This document shows, in pieces, positions 11,367 to 23,512 of a stretch of DNA of 64,000 nt. A model generated the notes under the pieces. The model had not been told where the DNA came from. It saw nothing but the letters and a program-made list of their open reading frames with translations, and made no database searches. Made by a program: the position numbers and the translations under genes. This DNA comes from an uncultured Chthonomonadaceae bacterium (lineage in GTDB: Bacteria > Armatimonadota > Chthonomonadetes > Chthonomonadales > Chthonomonadaceae), in assembly GCA_963817895.1 (NCBI GenBank), contig CAWFQB010000004.1, forward strand, positions 864,001 through 928,000, given 5' to 3'. The first letter of the stretch is position 1. The number at the start of each line of letters is the position of its first letter.

Positions 11367-11596
11367 GGCGAGCGTTGTCCGAAGTTACTGGGCGTAAAGC
11401 GCGCGTAGGCGGGTTGGCAAGTCCGCTGTGAAAGCCCGGCGCTTAACGCCGGAGGGTCGGTGGATACTGCCAGTCTTGAAGGTGCCAGGGGAAGATGGAA
11501 TTACCAGTGTAGCGGTGAAATGCGTAGATATTGGTAGGAACACCAGTGGCGAAGGCGGTCTTCTGGAGCACTCTTGACGCTGAGGCGCGAAAGCTG

Positions 11597-11630
<34 letters not shown>

Positions 11631-11713
11631 CAGCCCTAAACGATGGATACTAGGTGTCGGGGGTATCGACCCCCCCGGTGCCGCCGCTAACGCAGTAAGT
11701 ATCCCGCCTGGGG

Positions 11714-11777
<64 letters not shown>

Positions 11778-11877
11778 TGTTTAATACGTCACTAACCGTA
11801 GAACCTTACCAGGGTTTGACATGTGAGGCACCGGCATGAAAGTGTCGTTCCTAGCAATAGGACCTCAACACAGGTGT

Positions 11878-11943
<66 letters not shown>

Positions 11944-12194
11944 TCCTATGTTGCCAGCGAGTGAAGTCGGGAACTCTTAGGAAACTGCCGGGGTAACTCG
12001 GAGGAAGGTGAGGATGACGTCAAGTCAGCATGGCCCTTACATCCTGGGCTACAAACATGCTACAATGGACGGTACACAAAGGGATCCGAGACCGCGAGGT
12101 GGAGGCAATCTCAAAAATCCGTTCTCAGTTCGGATCGCAGGCTGCAACTCGCCTGCGTGAAGCCGGAATCGCTAGTAACCGCAGATCAGATAAG

Positions 12195-12242
<48 letters not shown>

Positions 12243-12280
12243 CTTGAGTTGTCTGCACCCGAAGTCGGTGGGGTAACCCG

Positions 12281-12373
12281 CAACTGTAGGTTGTTAAGGT
12301 TTGCGGGTTGTAGGTGGTTAGGGAAGCGTTCCCTAAAAGCTTAGAACCTTAGAACCCTAATCCCCTAGAGTTG
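12281..12373 (+). repeat. Repeat-rich hairpin extending the tip of 16S helix 44 (V9)
   Basis: Replaces the usual short GCAA-type loop; CAACT/AGTTG closing pairs, TTAGGGAA/TTCCCTAA apex, TTAGAACC repeated. Confidence 0.8.
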
Positions 12374-12412
12374 GGGGAGCCAGCCGCCGAAGGTGTGGGG
12401 AGCGAGAGGGAC

Positions 12413-12467
<55 letters not shown>

Positions 12468-12695
12468 TGGACGCGGAAATTATGTGGGATGTTTGAGGCT
12501 TACGTTCTGCTCTTCGGAGTGGCAACGCTTGAACATGATCACCTTCCCTCCTAGGTCGGTACTTGGTCCCATCAAGTAAAGTTACGGTACGAATACGAAC
12601 CAGAACAACGCGCGCGACTCTGAAGGATGAACAGTAAACCTTTCAACGGCCCCGGCAACGGGGCTGTTGGATTGTGCAATCAAATATTGGCGTTC

Positions 12696-12769
12696 GGGCT
12701 TATAGCTCAGCTGGCTAGAGCGCACCCCTGATAAGGGTGAGGTCCTTGGTTCAAGTCCAAGTAGGCCCA
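12696..12769 (+). tRNA. tRNA-Ile (GAT)
   Basis: GGGCTTA/TAGGCCC acceptor stem, CACCC-CTGATAA-GGGTG anticodon arm, TTCAAGT T-loop; CCA not encoded. Confidence 0.95.
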
Positions 12770-12821
12770 TCCGTTGACGATTTGTAAGCGTCAATTGTGG
12801 ATAACTATGGTCTGATATTAA

Positions 12822-12893
12822 AGCGGCAGAGTGAAACGGTTTCACGTGAGGCTCATAACCTCAAAACAGTAGGTTCAACTCCTATCGCCGCAT
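12822..12893 (+). tRNA. Atypical tRNA with CAT anticodon (Met/fMet-like)
   Basis: Cloverleaf folded by eye: AGCGGCA/CGCCGCA acceptor, GTGA/TCAC D-stem, TGAGG-CTCATAA-CCTCA anticodon arm, GTAGG-TTCAACT-CCTAT T-arm. Confidence 0.8.
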
Positions 12894-12940
12894 TTTCGGG
12901 AACGTTTCCAGGCAGTACATTCGTATTGATCTGAGGAAAC

Positions 12941-13013
12941 GGGGGCTTAGCTCAGTTGGGAGAGCGCCTGCTTTGCAAGTAGGATGTCATCGGTTCGAGT
13001 CCGTTAGCCTCCA
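12941..13013 (+). tRNA. tRNA-Ala (TGC)
   Basis: GGGGGCT/AGCCTCC acceptor with G3:U70, CCTGC-TTTGCAA-GTAGG anticodon arm. Confidence 0.95.
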
Positions 13014-13047
13014 CCTAATACAGCCTGAAAAATCTTTATAATCAGCC

Positions 13048-13076
13048 TTGACATCGCGGCGAAGATGGTGTATATT
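13048..13076 (+). promoter_or_regulatory. Internal sigma70-type promoter in the ITS upstream of 23S
   Basis: TTGACA-17 nt-TATATT, with the same GGTG before the -10 box as P1 and P2. Confidence 0.7.
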
Positions 13077-13680
13077 ATTGAGCCGCTGATTTGCAGGATG
13101 GAAGTTGAGCTGAAAAGCTGAAACATACACTCCCAGGCAGTAAAGATTTAGCAGGCAACACAGAATTAGTTCGGACATGTTCCGAATTGATAAAGGCGCT
13201 TTTTGTTAAACAACAGGAAGCAACGCCTTTGAACCTTTACAACGGAATAGTGAAGTGTGTAGAGAGATGCAGGGGTAATGAGCATCTTGCGCTGATCTAC
13301 GATTTCAAGGCGTACACAGGTTGGTTCGGTCTTGTTCCTGCTTTAGCGGGGGGCAGGGTTGCGCATATCTTGTGGCGTCGGAGCGTTTAGCAGTGTGAGT
13401 GAAGATAGATGAATGTTGTATTGAGGTTGGAAGTGTTCGAGTGTTGTCTAAGGTGTTTAAGCGCGAGTTTGTAGGTGTAGCGCGTGTTTGCGGCAGCGGA
13501 CGCGCTGCGCAGTTCCTCTTGGTTCTCTCCTTCGGGTGTGGCATTGGGTTGCTTGTGTTGAAGGACTTTCTTGAAGGTTCTTTAGTGGAAGCGGCTTGCG
13601 CTGTGCTATGTTGGGGGAAGCGGGGTGGGCGGCGCGGCGGCGGAGTTGGTTGCAAGCGCGTTTGTTGTGAGTGGAAGAGT

Positions 13681-16661
<2,981 letters not shown>

Positions 16662-17142
16662 TCTTCTGTTCGCAAGAGACGCGGTTGTGGCCGGTTTGCC
16701 GCTGTGCCGTCCTCCCGGCTTTCCCACAAGCGTAAGCAGTGGAGACAAGCGCCTTTTCCGAACCAAGCGAAAGCAAGGGCGGGCAAGGTGGGAAGACGAC
16801 GCAAACAGCAGCAGAGCCGCAGGCGCAGACAGCGCGGACGAAACGAGCTTACAAGCGAGCGCAACACAGAACGTACAGACAACGCGCAGGAGCAATCCTG
16901 CACGAACACAGTACAACACAAACAACGTTCAGCTAAGGAACCAACGTCCCTTATTTGAACAACCCGCATCTTGCACACACTTCGGTTCTTCCAAGTCCCG
17001 CTTCACGGCGCGGCTTGGAAGAACGTTCCGTTGTAGAACCCTTTTCGCATGGTTGAATATTGCCCCTGTTGAGGCGTGTTCTCAAATGCGCAGTTTGCAT
17101 CCAGACTTGGCACTCTCCCGACTTGTGGGAGTGTGCGCCGGT

Positions 17143-17260
17143 TTCTGGTGGTCATAGCGTCGGCGTCCCACCCGTTCCCATCCCGAACACGGTCGTGAAA
17201 GCCGGCTGCGCCGACAATACTTGGGGGGAAACCTTCTGGGAAGATAGGTCGCCGCCAGAA
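17143..17260 (+). rRNA. rrf: 5S rRNA
   Basis: CCCATCCCGAACAC loop motif; TTCTGGTGG/CCGCCAGAA terminal helix. Confidence 0.95.
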
Positions 17261-17267
17261 TAATCAT

Positions 17268-17306
17268 AAAGAGCCAGATTTTCCACATGGAAAGTCTGGC
17301 TCTTTT
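17268..17306 (+). terminator. Intrinsic terminator of the rRNA operon
   Basis: AAAGAGCCAGATTTTCCA-CA-TGGAAAGTCTGGCTCTTTT hairpin ending in a T run. Confidence 0.85.
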
Positions 17307-17385
17307 GCGTTTCACCGTAATCTCACGCGCAGGGAAAACGGGTATAATACAGTTCCCTGCTGATTGGCAGCGGGGAACAAGCATT

Positions 17386-18158
17386 ATGAAAATCATCATT
17401 GTCATTCCCACCTATAATGAAGCGCAGAATGTGCCGCTGATCGCTCCCCTCATTGCTCAGGCGGTGCCGCAGGCGCATTTGCTGTTTGTAGACGATGCTT
17501 CCCCCGATGGAACCGCCGACATTGCGGAACGTTTGTTTGCCTCCGATCCGATTTACAGAAACTATCGCGTATTCCGACGTTCGGGAGAGCGCGGATTGGG
17601 AAGGGCGTATCGCGAGGCTTTCATCAAGGTTCTAGCTGAAGGTTACGACCGTATCATTCACATGGATGCCGACCTGTCTCACGATCCCGCCTATTTGCCT
17701 GCCATGCTTGCGGCCAGTCAGGATGCCGATCTGGTTATAGGTTCCCGCTACGCGCCCGAAGGGGGAGTGCGCAACTGGCCGCGTTACCGGGTTCTGATGT
17801 CGCGCTTTGCCAACCGTATGTACAGCGCATTGCGGGAATTCCCGTTGCGGATGCCACTTCAGGGTTCCGTTGTTGGACAAGCCGCGCTCTCGAAGCCGTC
17901 CACATGGAAACTTTCAAATCGGAAGGCTACTCGTTTCAGGTGGAAATGAGTTACCGGGCGAGCCGCGCGGGAATGAAAATTGTGGAAGTGCCGATAATCT
18001 TCACAGATAGGCAGTTCGGTCAATCCAAAATTTCCCGCAAAGTGCTGATTGAATCCGCAATCATCCCATGGAAACTCCGGGCGCAATCGTGGCACCCCTT
18101 GCCGAAACACAATGAGAAGTCACTGAACAACATAAGCAACACTAAGACTTCTGGATAA
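17386..18158 (+). CDS. Polyprenol-phosphate mannose synthase-like GT2 (frameshifts around 17820-17900)
   Basis: IPTYNEA.N, VDD.SPDGT, MDADLSHDP, DLVIGSRY, GYSFQVEM, EVPIIF.DR..G.SK. Confidence 0.85.
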
Positions 18159-18182
18159 GTTACCAGGAAGGAAGATACCATT

Positions 18183-19268
18183 ATGAATCGCATCTATAAC
18201 TTTAGCGCCGGACCGGCCATTTTCCCTTTGCAGGTTCTCGAAGAGGCCAGTCAGGGAATTCTGGAGATAAATAACTCCGGCATGTCCATCCTTGAAGTCA
18301 GTCACCGCGGCAAGGACTACGAAGCCGTGCATTATGACGCGATGCAGCGTCTGCTGCGCATCTTGGATCTGTCTGCCGATGAGTATACTGTAATGTTTCT
18401 CGGCGGCGGCGCAAGCACGCAATTCGCCATGCTGCCGATGAACTATCTGCGCCAGGGACAGACAGCCGATTATGTGAATACGGGCGAGTGGGGCACGAAG
18501 GCCATCAAAGAGGCGAAATGGTTCGGCACAGTTAATGTTGCCGCTTCATCTGAGGATGTCAAGTTTTCCGCCATTCCCAAACAACTGTCGCTCACGCCCG
18601 ACGCGCAGTACGTCCATATCACGACGAACAACACCATCGAGGGTACGGAGTGGAGCGCGATACCGGACACGAACGGCGTTCCTCTGGTGGCCGACATCTC
18701 TTCGGACATCATGGCGCGTAAACTGGATTACAGCAAGTTCGATCTGGTGTACGCGGGCGCGCAGAAGAACGCGGGTCCGGCGGGCGTAACGCTCGTTGTC
18801 GCGCGAAAAAGCTATCTGGAAACCGCGCAGGACGATGTTCCCGCCATCCTCTCCTACAAAACTCACGCCAAAGCCGATTCGCTGTACAATACGCCGCCCG
18901 TGTTCGCGATCTATGTGGTGGGATTGGTGCTGAAGTGGATTGAGGCGCAGGGTGGGTTGACAGCGGTGGAAGCCAATAACCGCGCCAAAGCTGCCTTAGT
19001 GTACGATGCGCTGGATGCCCATGCCAATGTTTATGACCCGGCTGTGACCGATAAAACCGACCGTTCGCTGATGAACGTCACCTTCCGGCTCAAGAACGCT
19101 GATCTGGACAAAGAGTTTCTGGCCGGGGCGCAGGCGCGACGGATGGATGGCCTGAAAGGACACCGTTCCGTCGGCGGCTTCCGCGCCTCCATTTACAACG
19201 CTTTCCCCAAAGAGGGCTGTCAGGCGCTTGCCGACTACCTGAACGAGTTCGCGGCGAAAAACGCCTGA
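18183..19268 (+). CDS. serC: Phosphoserine aminotransferase
   Basis: YNFSAGPA, SHRG, TNNTIEG, YAGAQKN.GPAG (PLP lysine), GHRSVGG.RASIYNA. Confidence 0.97.
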   Translation: MNRIYNFSAGPAIFPLQVLEEASQGILEINNSGMSILEVSHRGKDYEAVHYDAMQRLLRILDLSADEYTVMFLGGGASTQFAMLPMNYLRQGQTADYVNTGEWGTKAIKEAKWFGTVNVAASSEDVKFSAIPKQLSLTPDAQYVHITTNNTIEGTEWSAIPDTNGVPLVADISSDIMARKLDYSKFDLVYAGAQKNAGPAGVTLVVARKSYLETAQDDVPAILSYKTHAKADSLYNTPPVFAIYVVGLVLKWIEAQGGLTAVEANNRAKAALVYDALDAHANVYDPAVTDKTDRSLMNVTFRLKNADLDKEFLAGAQARRMDGLKGHRSVGGFRASIYNAFPKEGCQALADYLNEFAAKNA

Positions 19269-19286
19269 TGATTGAGGAGTAATACC

Positions 19287-19520
19287 ATGCTGACAGCAGT
19301 AGAAGGCGTGTACCGCAATGGCATAATAGAACTGCTTGAAAAAGTCAGTCTGCCGGAAGAAGCGCGAGTTGTCGTGACTGTGATGCCTCCTTCTCCCGGG
19401 TTGGTTGATTTACAGGCAAGAGGAATCACTCGCGAGGAGGCCGCGAAACTGCGCGGTCAGTTCGAGGCGTTTGCCGAAGATTGGGATCGTCCTGAAATGG
19501 ATGTTTACGATGCTCTGTAA
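19287..19520 (+). CDS. Antitoxin (AF2212/DUF104-like)
   Basis: MLTAVEGVYRNG..EL N-terminus, C-terminal W..PEMD.YD; GAGGAG RBS; overlaps the toxin start. Confidence 0.7.
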   Translation: MLTAVEGVYRNGIIELLEKVSLPEEARVVVTVMPPSPGLVDLQARGITREEAAKLRGQFEAFAEDWDRPEMDVYDAL

Positions 19521-19857
19521 ACGCGGTGATGTTGTTCTGGTTCTGTTTCCTGAGTCAATTTTGCAGTCAGCAAAACGTCGGCCTGTTCTTGTTGTTCAGG
19601 CCGACGATCTTGGTACAGGTTTAAGGCAAGCCGTAGTTGCCATGATCAGCAGCAATATGGCGCGTTTGGGGCATTGAAGCCGTGTGGGTATAGACATTTC
19701 CACACTAGAAGGCCAGCAAACCGGCCTGAAAACTGATTCCGTTATTATGACGGACAACGTTGCAACCATTCTCGAAACACGTTTTGAACGTAAGTTAGGG
19801 CAGTGGAACGACATGACAGCCGTAGATATTGCTTTGCGTCATACGTTGAAATTGTGA
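19510..19857 (+). pseudogene. PemK/MazF toxin with an in-frame nonsense codon (TGA 19675-19677)
   Basis: KRGDVVLV.FP...K.RP.LVVQ; after the TGA the frame continues SRV...TGLK.DSVIM.DN..TI to TGA 19857. Confidence 0.8.
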
Positions 19858-19939
19858 CAACGCGATTTCGGCAAAACGGTTAAAACTTTTTTGAGTTTCC
19901 TATACTCTATCTTGCTTCCCGCTTACAAGGAACTCCGGC

Positions 19940-21253
19940 ATGAATGATAAAACGAATACGCTGAAACGTACACATGTATTCGTCGGCGCTATCCTGATTC
20001 TGCTGGGCGTTTTTGTTTGCTGTAAATCCGGTTTGGGGATGGGATACGATCTGGCTCCGATTTACGTGATAAGTTTGGGGCTGATGCAGGGCAGGAACGC
20101 TTATGCCGTGGATGTTGAAACCGACCTCTTTGATCGCTACGTTCACGTTGGACACCGCGAGTTGGGCTATCCTCCCTCCTGCGCGTTTGTGATTGCGCCC
20201 CTGACGGCGGTTCCGTACGAAATTGCGCGGTTGTTGTGGTTGGGAATACTGATTGCCTGTATTGTGGGTGCGGCATGGGCCTTGATGAAAGCGTTCGCGC
20301 CCCAAAGCAGTCACGGTCAAATCCTGATTGCCTGCGGTCTAATGCTGCTTTGCGCGGGAACCCGCTGGTGCATGACTTTTTTGCAGGGCGCGCCCGTGAT
20401 ACTGCTGTGTCTGGGACTGTTTATACTCGCGTTGAAACAGCATAATGGACGCGCTATGTTCGCGCTGGCGTTTCTGGCAGTATGTTACAAACCTACGCTG
20501 GCATTGCCGTTCCTCATTTTACTGCTTGTACAGCGACAATTTAAGCTGCTGTTCGGCGTACTGGCGGCGGCTGCCCTCTTGAATATTATCGGGTTCGCGA
20601 GAATGGGGGGAATGGCGGCGTTGCAGGCGTATCGCGTCGGTATCGCGAACTTTGAATCGGTGGGAGGCAATTCCGCCAACCCATTTGCCGAAGGCGCAAT
20701 GTATCGTTGTGACTGGGTGCGGATGGGGTCTGCGCTCATGGGCAGTGACGCGATTGGCTATCAATTAGCCGCGTTGCTGACAGTGTTGACCCTGCTTTAT
20801 CTGGGCTACGCGGGATGGCGCGTCGAGAAAAATGGGCGAACGTTCGCAATGGCAAAGGCATTTCTCGCGCCCTCGGTCTGCCTGACGCTGCTATGGGTGT
20901 ATCATCAGCACTATGACATGCTGCTGCTTGTCGCGCCCTTCATGGCATATCTGTACAGCAGTGATCCGAACCGCAGTGACGCTGATTGGCGGAAACAGCC
21001 CGAAGTAGCCCTGTTTCTAGTCTGTACCCTCTTCTTCGTAGGATTGTACCCACTGGCGCAGGGCCGTCTCGTGTTGCTGCGAATTCTCGGACAGGACGGC
21101 GACATGCTGATGCGCTACGCGGTTCCTCTGCTGACATCCCTTCTGCTGATCGTTTCTTTATTCATTCTCGATGCTGAAATCAAACGTGATCGCGAGGTTC
21201 CGATTGCCGATGCGGATAACGCGAATGAGCCACCTATCGCCTTACCCGCGTAA
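19940..21253 (+). CDS. Polytopic GT-C glycosyltransferase (GT87/DUF2029-like)
   Basis: D in first loop, YPP motif, YKP, HQHYD; about 11 hydrophobic segments. Confidence 0.75.
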   Translation: MNDKTNTLKRTHVFVGAILILLGVFVCCKSGLGMGYDLAPIYVISLGLMQGRNAYAVDVETDLFDRYVHVGHRELGYPPSCAFVIAPLTAVPYEIARLLWLGILIACIVGAAWALMKAFAPQSSHGQILIACGLMLLCAGTRWCMTFLQGAPVILLCLGLFILALKQHNGRAMFALAFLAVCYKPTLALPFLILLLVQRQFKLLFGVLAAAALLNIIGFARMGGMAALQAYRVGIANFESVGGNSANPFAEGAMYRCDWVRMGSALMGSDAIGYQLAALLTVLTLLYLGYAGWRVEKNGRTFAMAKAFLAPSVCLTLLWVYHQHYDMLLLVAPFMAYLYSSDPNRSDADWRKQPEVALFLVCTLFFVGLYPLAQGRLVLLRILGQDGDMLMRYAVPLLTSLLLIVSLFILDAEIKRDREVPIADADNANEPPIALPA

Positions 21254-23073
21254 AATCATAGATGAGAAACGTCGTCGTTTGCGCAGTCGGCTGCATTTGA
21301 CGCAGGCAGGCGACAAGCGACTGCTTGGAATCATTGTAACCGCCGTAAACCTGCGTTGCGCTTGCCGCCAGGTACTTTCCCCGTAAAGTGGCTTGTACTT
21401 CCTGTACGTCGCGCGCCGTTAATGCCTCATGCGGTATGTCCGTGAAAATTGTATGCGCCGGATCGTAACCGAAATACCACAAACACAACGGTTTGTCAGT
21501 ATGCGCCCCCTGCCACTGCCGCAATTCCAACAATCCCTGTCCCCAATCGTAGTTTGAATCGCTGACAAGCAGATACCCCTTACGCGGATCGCCCCACAAA
21601 CCATTGGTATACGCCAATCCATTCGGCCACCATTGAACAGCCGCAAAGGTTGTCCATACAAGCCCCAAACATGCGACTAATAACGGCAACCGCTCTCGTA
21701 CACGCTGAAATAGTGTAGTTTTCCATGCGTGGTCTGCACCTTGCGCTTGCCGCATCTGGCTCCCCTCTCTTAGCGCGTTGCGCGGCAAGGAGAGGGATTG
21801 GGGGTGAGGTTCCTCCTCTTCCCTTGCCGCGCAGACAGCCGACGCCGACAACCCCACAATGCCCATGCAAATTGCCGGAAACAGAAAACGAACGCCGATT
21901 TGCACATGATAGGTAATACTGAGCGCAAACTGAATCAGGGCGCACAGACACGCCCAATTGAGCAGGTAGCGGCGGCGACAAACAGCAATCACAACAGGCA
22001 GCAACAGCAGGGGCAGGGACAATTTAACCGTCAGCAGTATCGGAAAGTACCACCACACATAATGCGGCCCGGAGTGTCCGAGCAGATACCAGCCCTGCCC
22101 GTGACTGTTATGCTGAATTTGCCGAACAACGCCGTCCGCCGCGTTCGCATATAATCGAAGGTGATCCGCCAGCCAGACGAAAACCGTTCTTTTAGCCCCT
22201 GTCGACAAAGAATGGGCGCGGCGAACCAGTCCCGCGTAAGGCAGCCAATCCGTGCCGCAATAAACAAACACAAGCAACGTCCCCACACCAACAATCCAAC
22301 TCATGTCTTTCCACAAAGTTGGGTGTTCGGTGTTGGAATTGTCGATTGCCGATTGAGGATTTTCGATTGAGGATTGAGTTCTCTCCTTTTCTCCTTTTCT
22401 CCTCTTCTCCTCTTCTTCCTCCTTTTCCTTTTTCCCTTTTCCCTTTTCCCTGTACTGGATTGCCAGCATACACAAAATGCCGAAGACGAGGCCGGAAGCT
22501 TTACACAAGACCAGCGCGGCGAACCAGAGGGTAGGTAAGGCGACCCGCCGCTTCCAATCCTTGCCGCGCCCGTCCTGAAAATGGTAGCAAAAGGCGAGCA
22601 GGCAGGCGGATACGGAAATATCGGTAGTGGCAAGCGTGGCGTGGGCAAGCAGATTGGGTTCGCAGGCAATCAGGCCGACCGCAAGCCGCCCCGCCCATGC
22701 GCCGCCCAATTTACGCCCGATGAGACGGGCATAAATCAGCAGCAGCCACCAGAAAACAAGGGTTCCCATTCGCGCCCAATGCAGCGGCGTCGCCAGATCG
22801 GTAAACGGATCGAACCGCGTATGGCTGAAGCGTTCCCATAAAAACAGCGGTAGCGTTTCCACATCAACGGGCAGGGGCATGGTTCCCAAAAGCAGACAGA
22901 CCCTGATGGCTAAAATCTCGCCAGCAATGCAGCCCCCGCTCCACATAAATCCACTCGTCAACAGTTCCGCTCAGATGCCGCGAAGCCGTCAGACACCAGA
23001 CGGTCGAAAAAAGGCCCCATGCGAAAAACCATAGCCAATCGCCCGTATTTTTGTATCTTTGCGTGATTTGCAT
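21234..23073 (-). CDS. ArnT/PMT-like GT-C glycosyltransferase (frameshift near 22900; two in-frame repeat insertions)
   Basis: T.DE.Y N-terminal motif, PNLLAH..LATTD, K.SG, GVRF, SDSN.DWGQ. Confidence 0.8.
21760..21809 (-). repeat. CCTCACC...CCCTCTCC-hairpin REP-like element inserted in frame in a CDS
   Basis: Core CCTCTCCTTGCCGCGCAACGCGCTA(A/G)GAGAGGGGAG is shared with the intergenic copy at 61925-61991. Confidence 0.75.
22320..22450 (-). repeat. Composite short-tandem-repeat insertion inside a CDS
   Basis: On the minus strand: GGGAAAA-type units, GGAGAAR-type units, AATCSNN heptamers, then AACACCS heptamers; translates as EKGKGKKEKEEEEEKRRKGEKERTQSSIENPQSAIDNSNTEHPT. Confidence 0.75.
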
Positions 23074-23512
23074 AATTGCGTATGAAGAAGGAATTGTTTA
23101 TACGAATGGAACACACCCTGAAAGCAAAGCGAACTATCTGCACTGTAATTCGCCACAGGGCAACGAAGTCCCTGCTGTGACAAAAATGAAGAATCCAGTG
23201 TCAGTAAATATGGGGAAGCCTCTTCAAACATCCATTACAGGCGATTATATGCTGGGATGGAAGCGTGTCAGGCAGTAAAAATCGCAAGTCTTGATTTTTG
23301 TGCGGCGTTGTGATAATATGAGGAGGAATTCCGCTCCCCTTTGGTGAACTATTGCATTATCATGCAAAAACGCGGCGTACCCCCTTGCCGTGACCTGAAC
23401 ACGAATAACATATAACCGTCGAAACGAAGAACAAAGACGTTCCGCTTCGCTCTGCGTTCGCTCGTTGCCCCGGAACCTTTGTAGAAATTATCCCCGGAAA
23501 GGGAAGTCGTCC

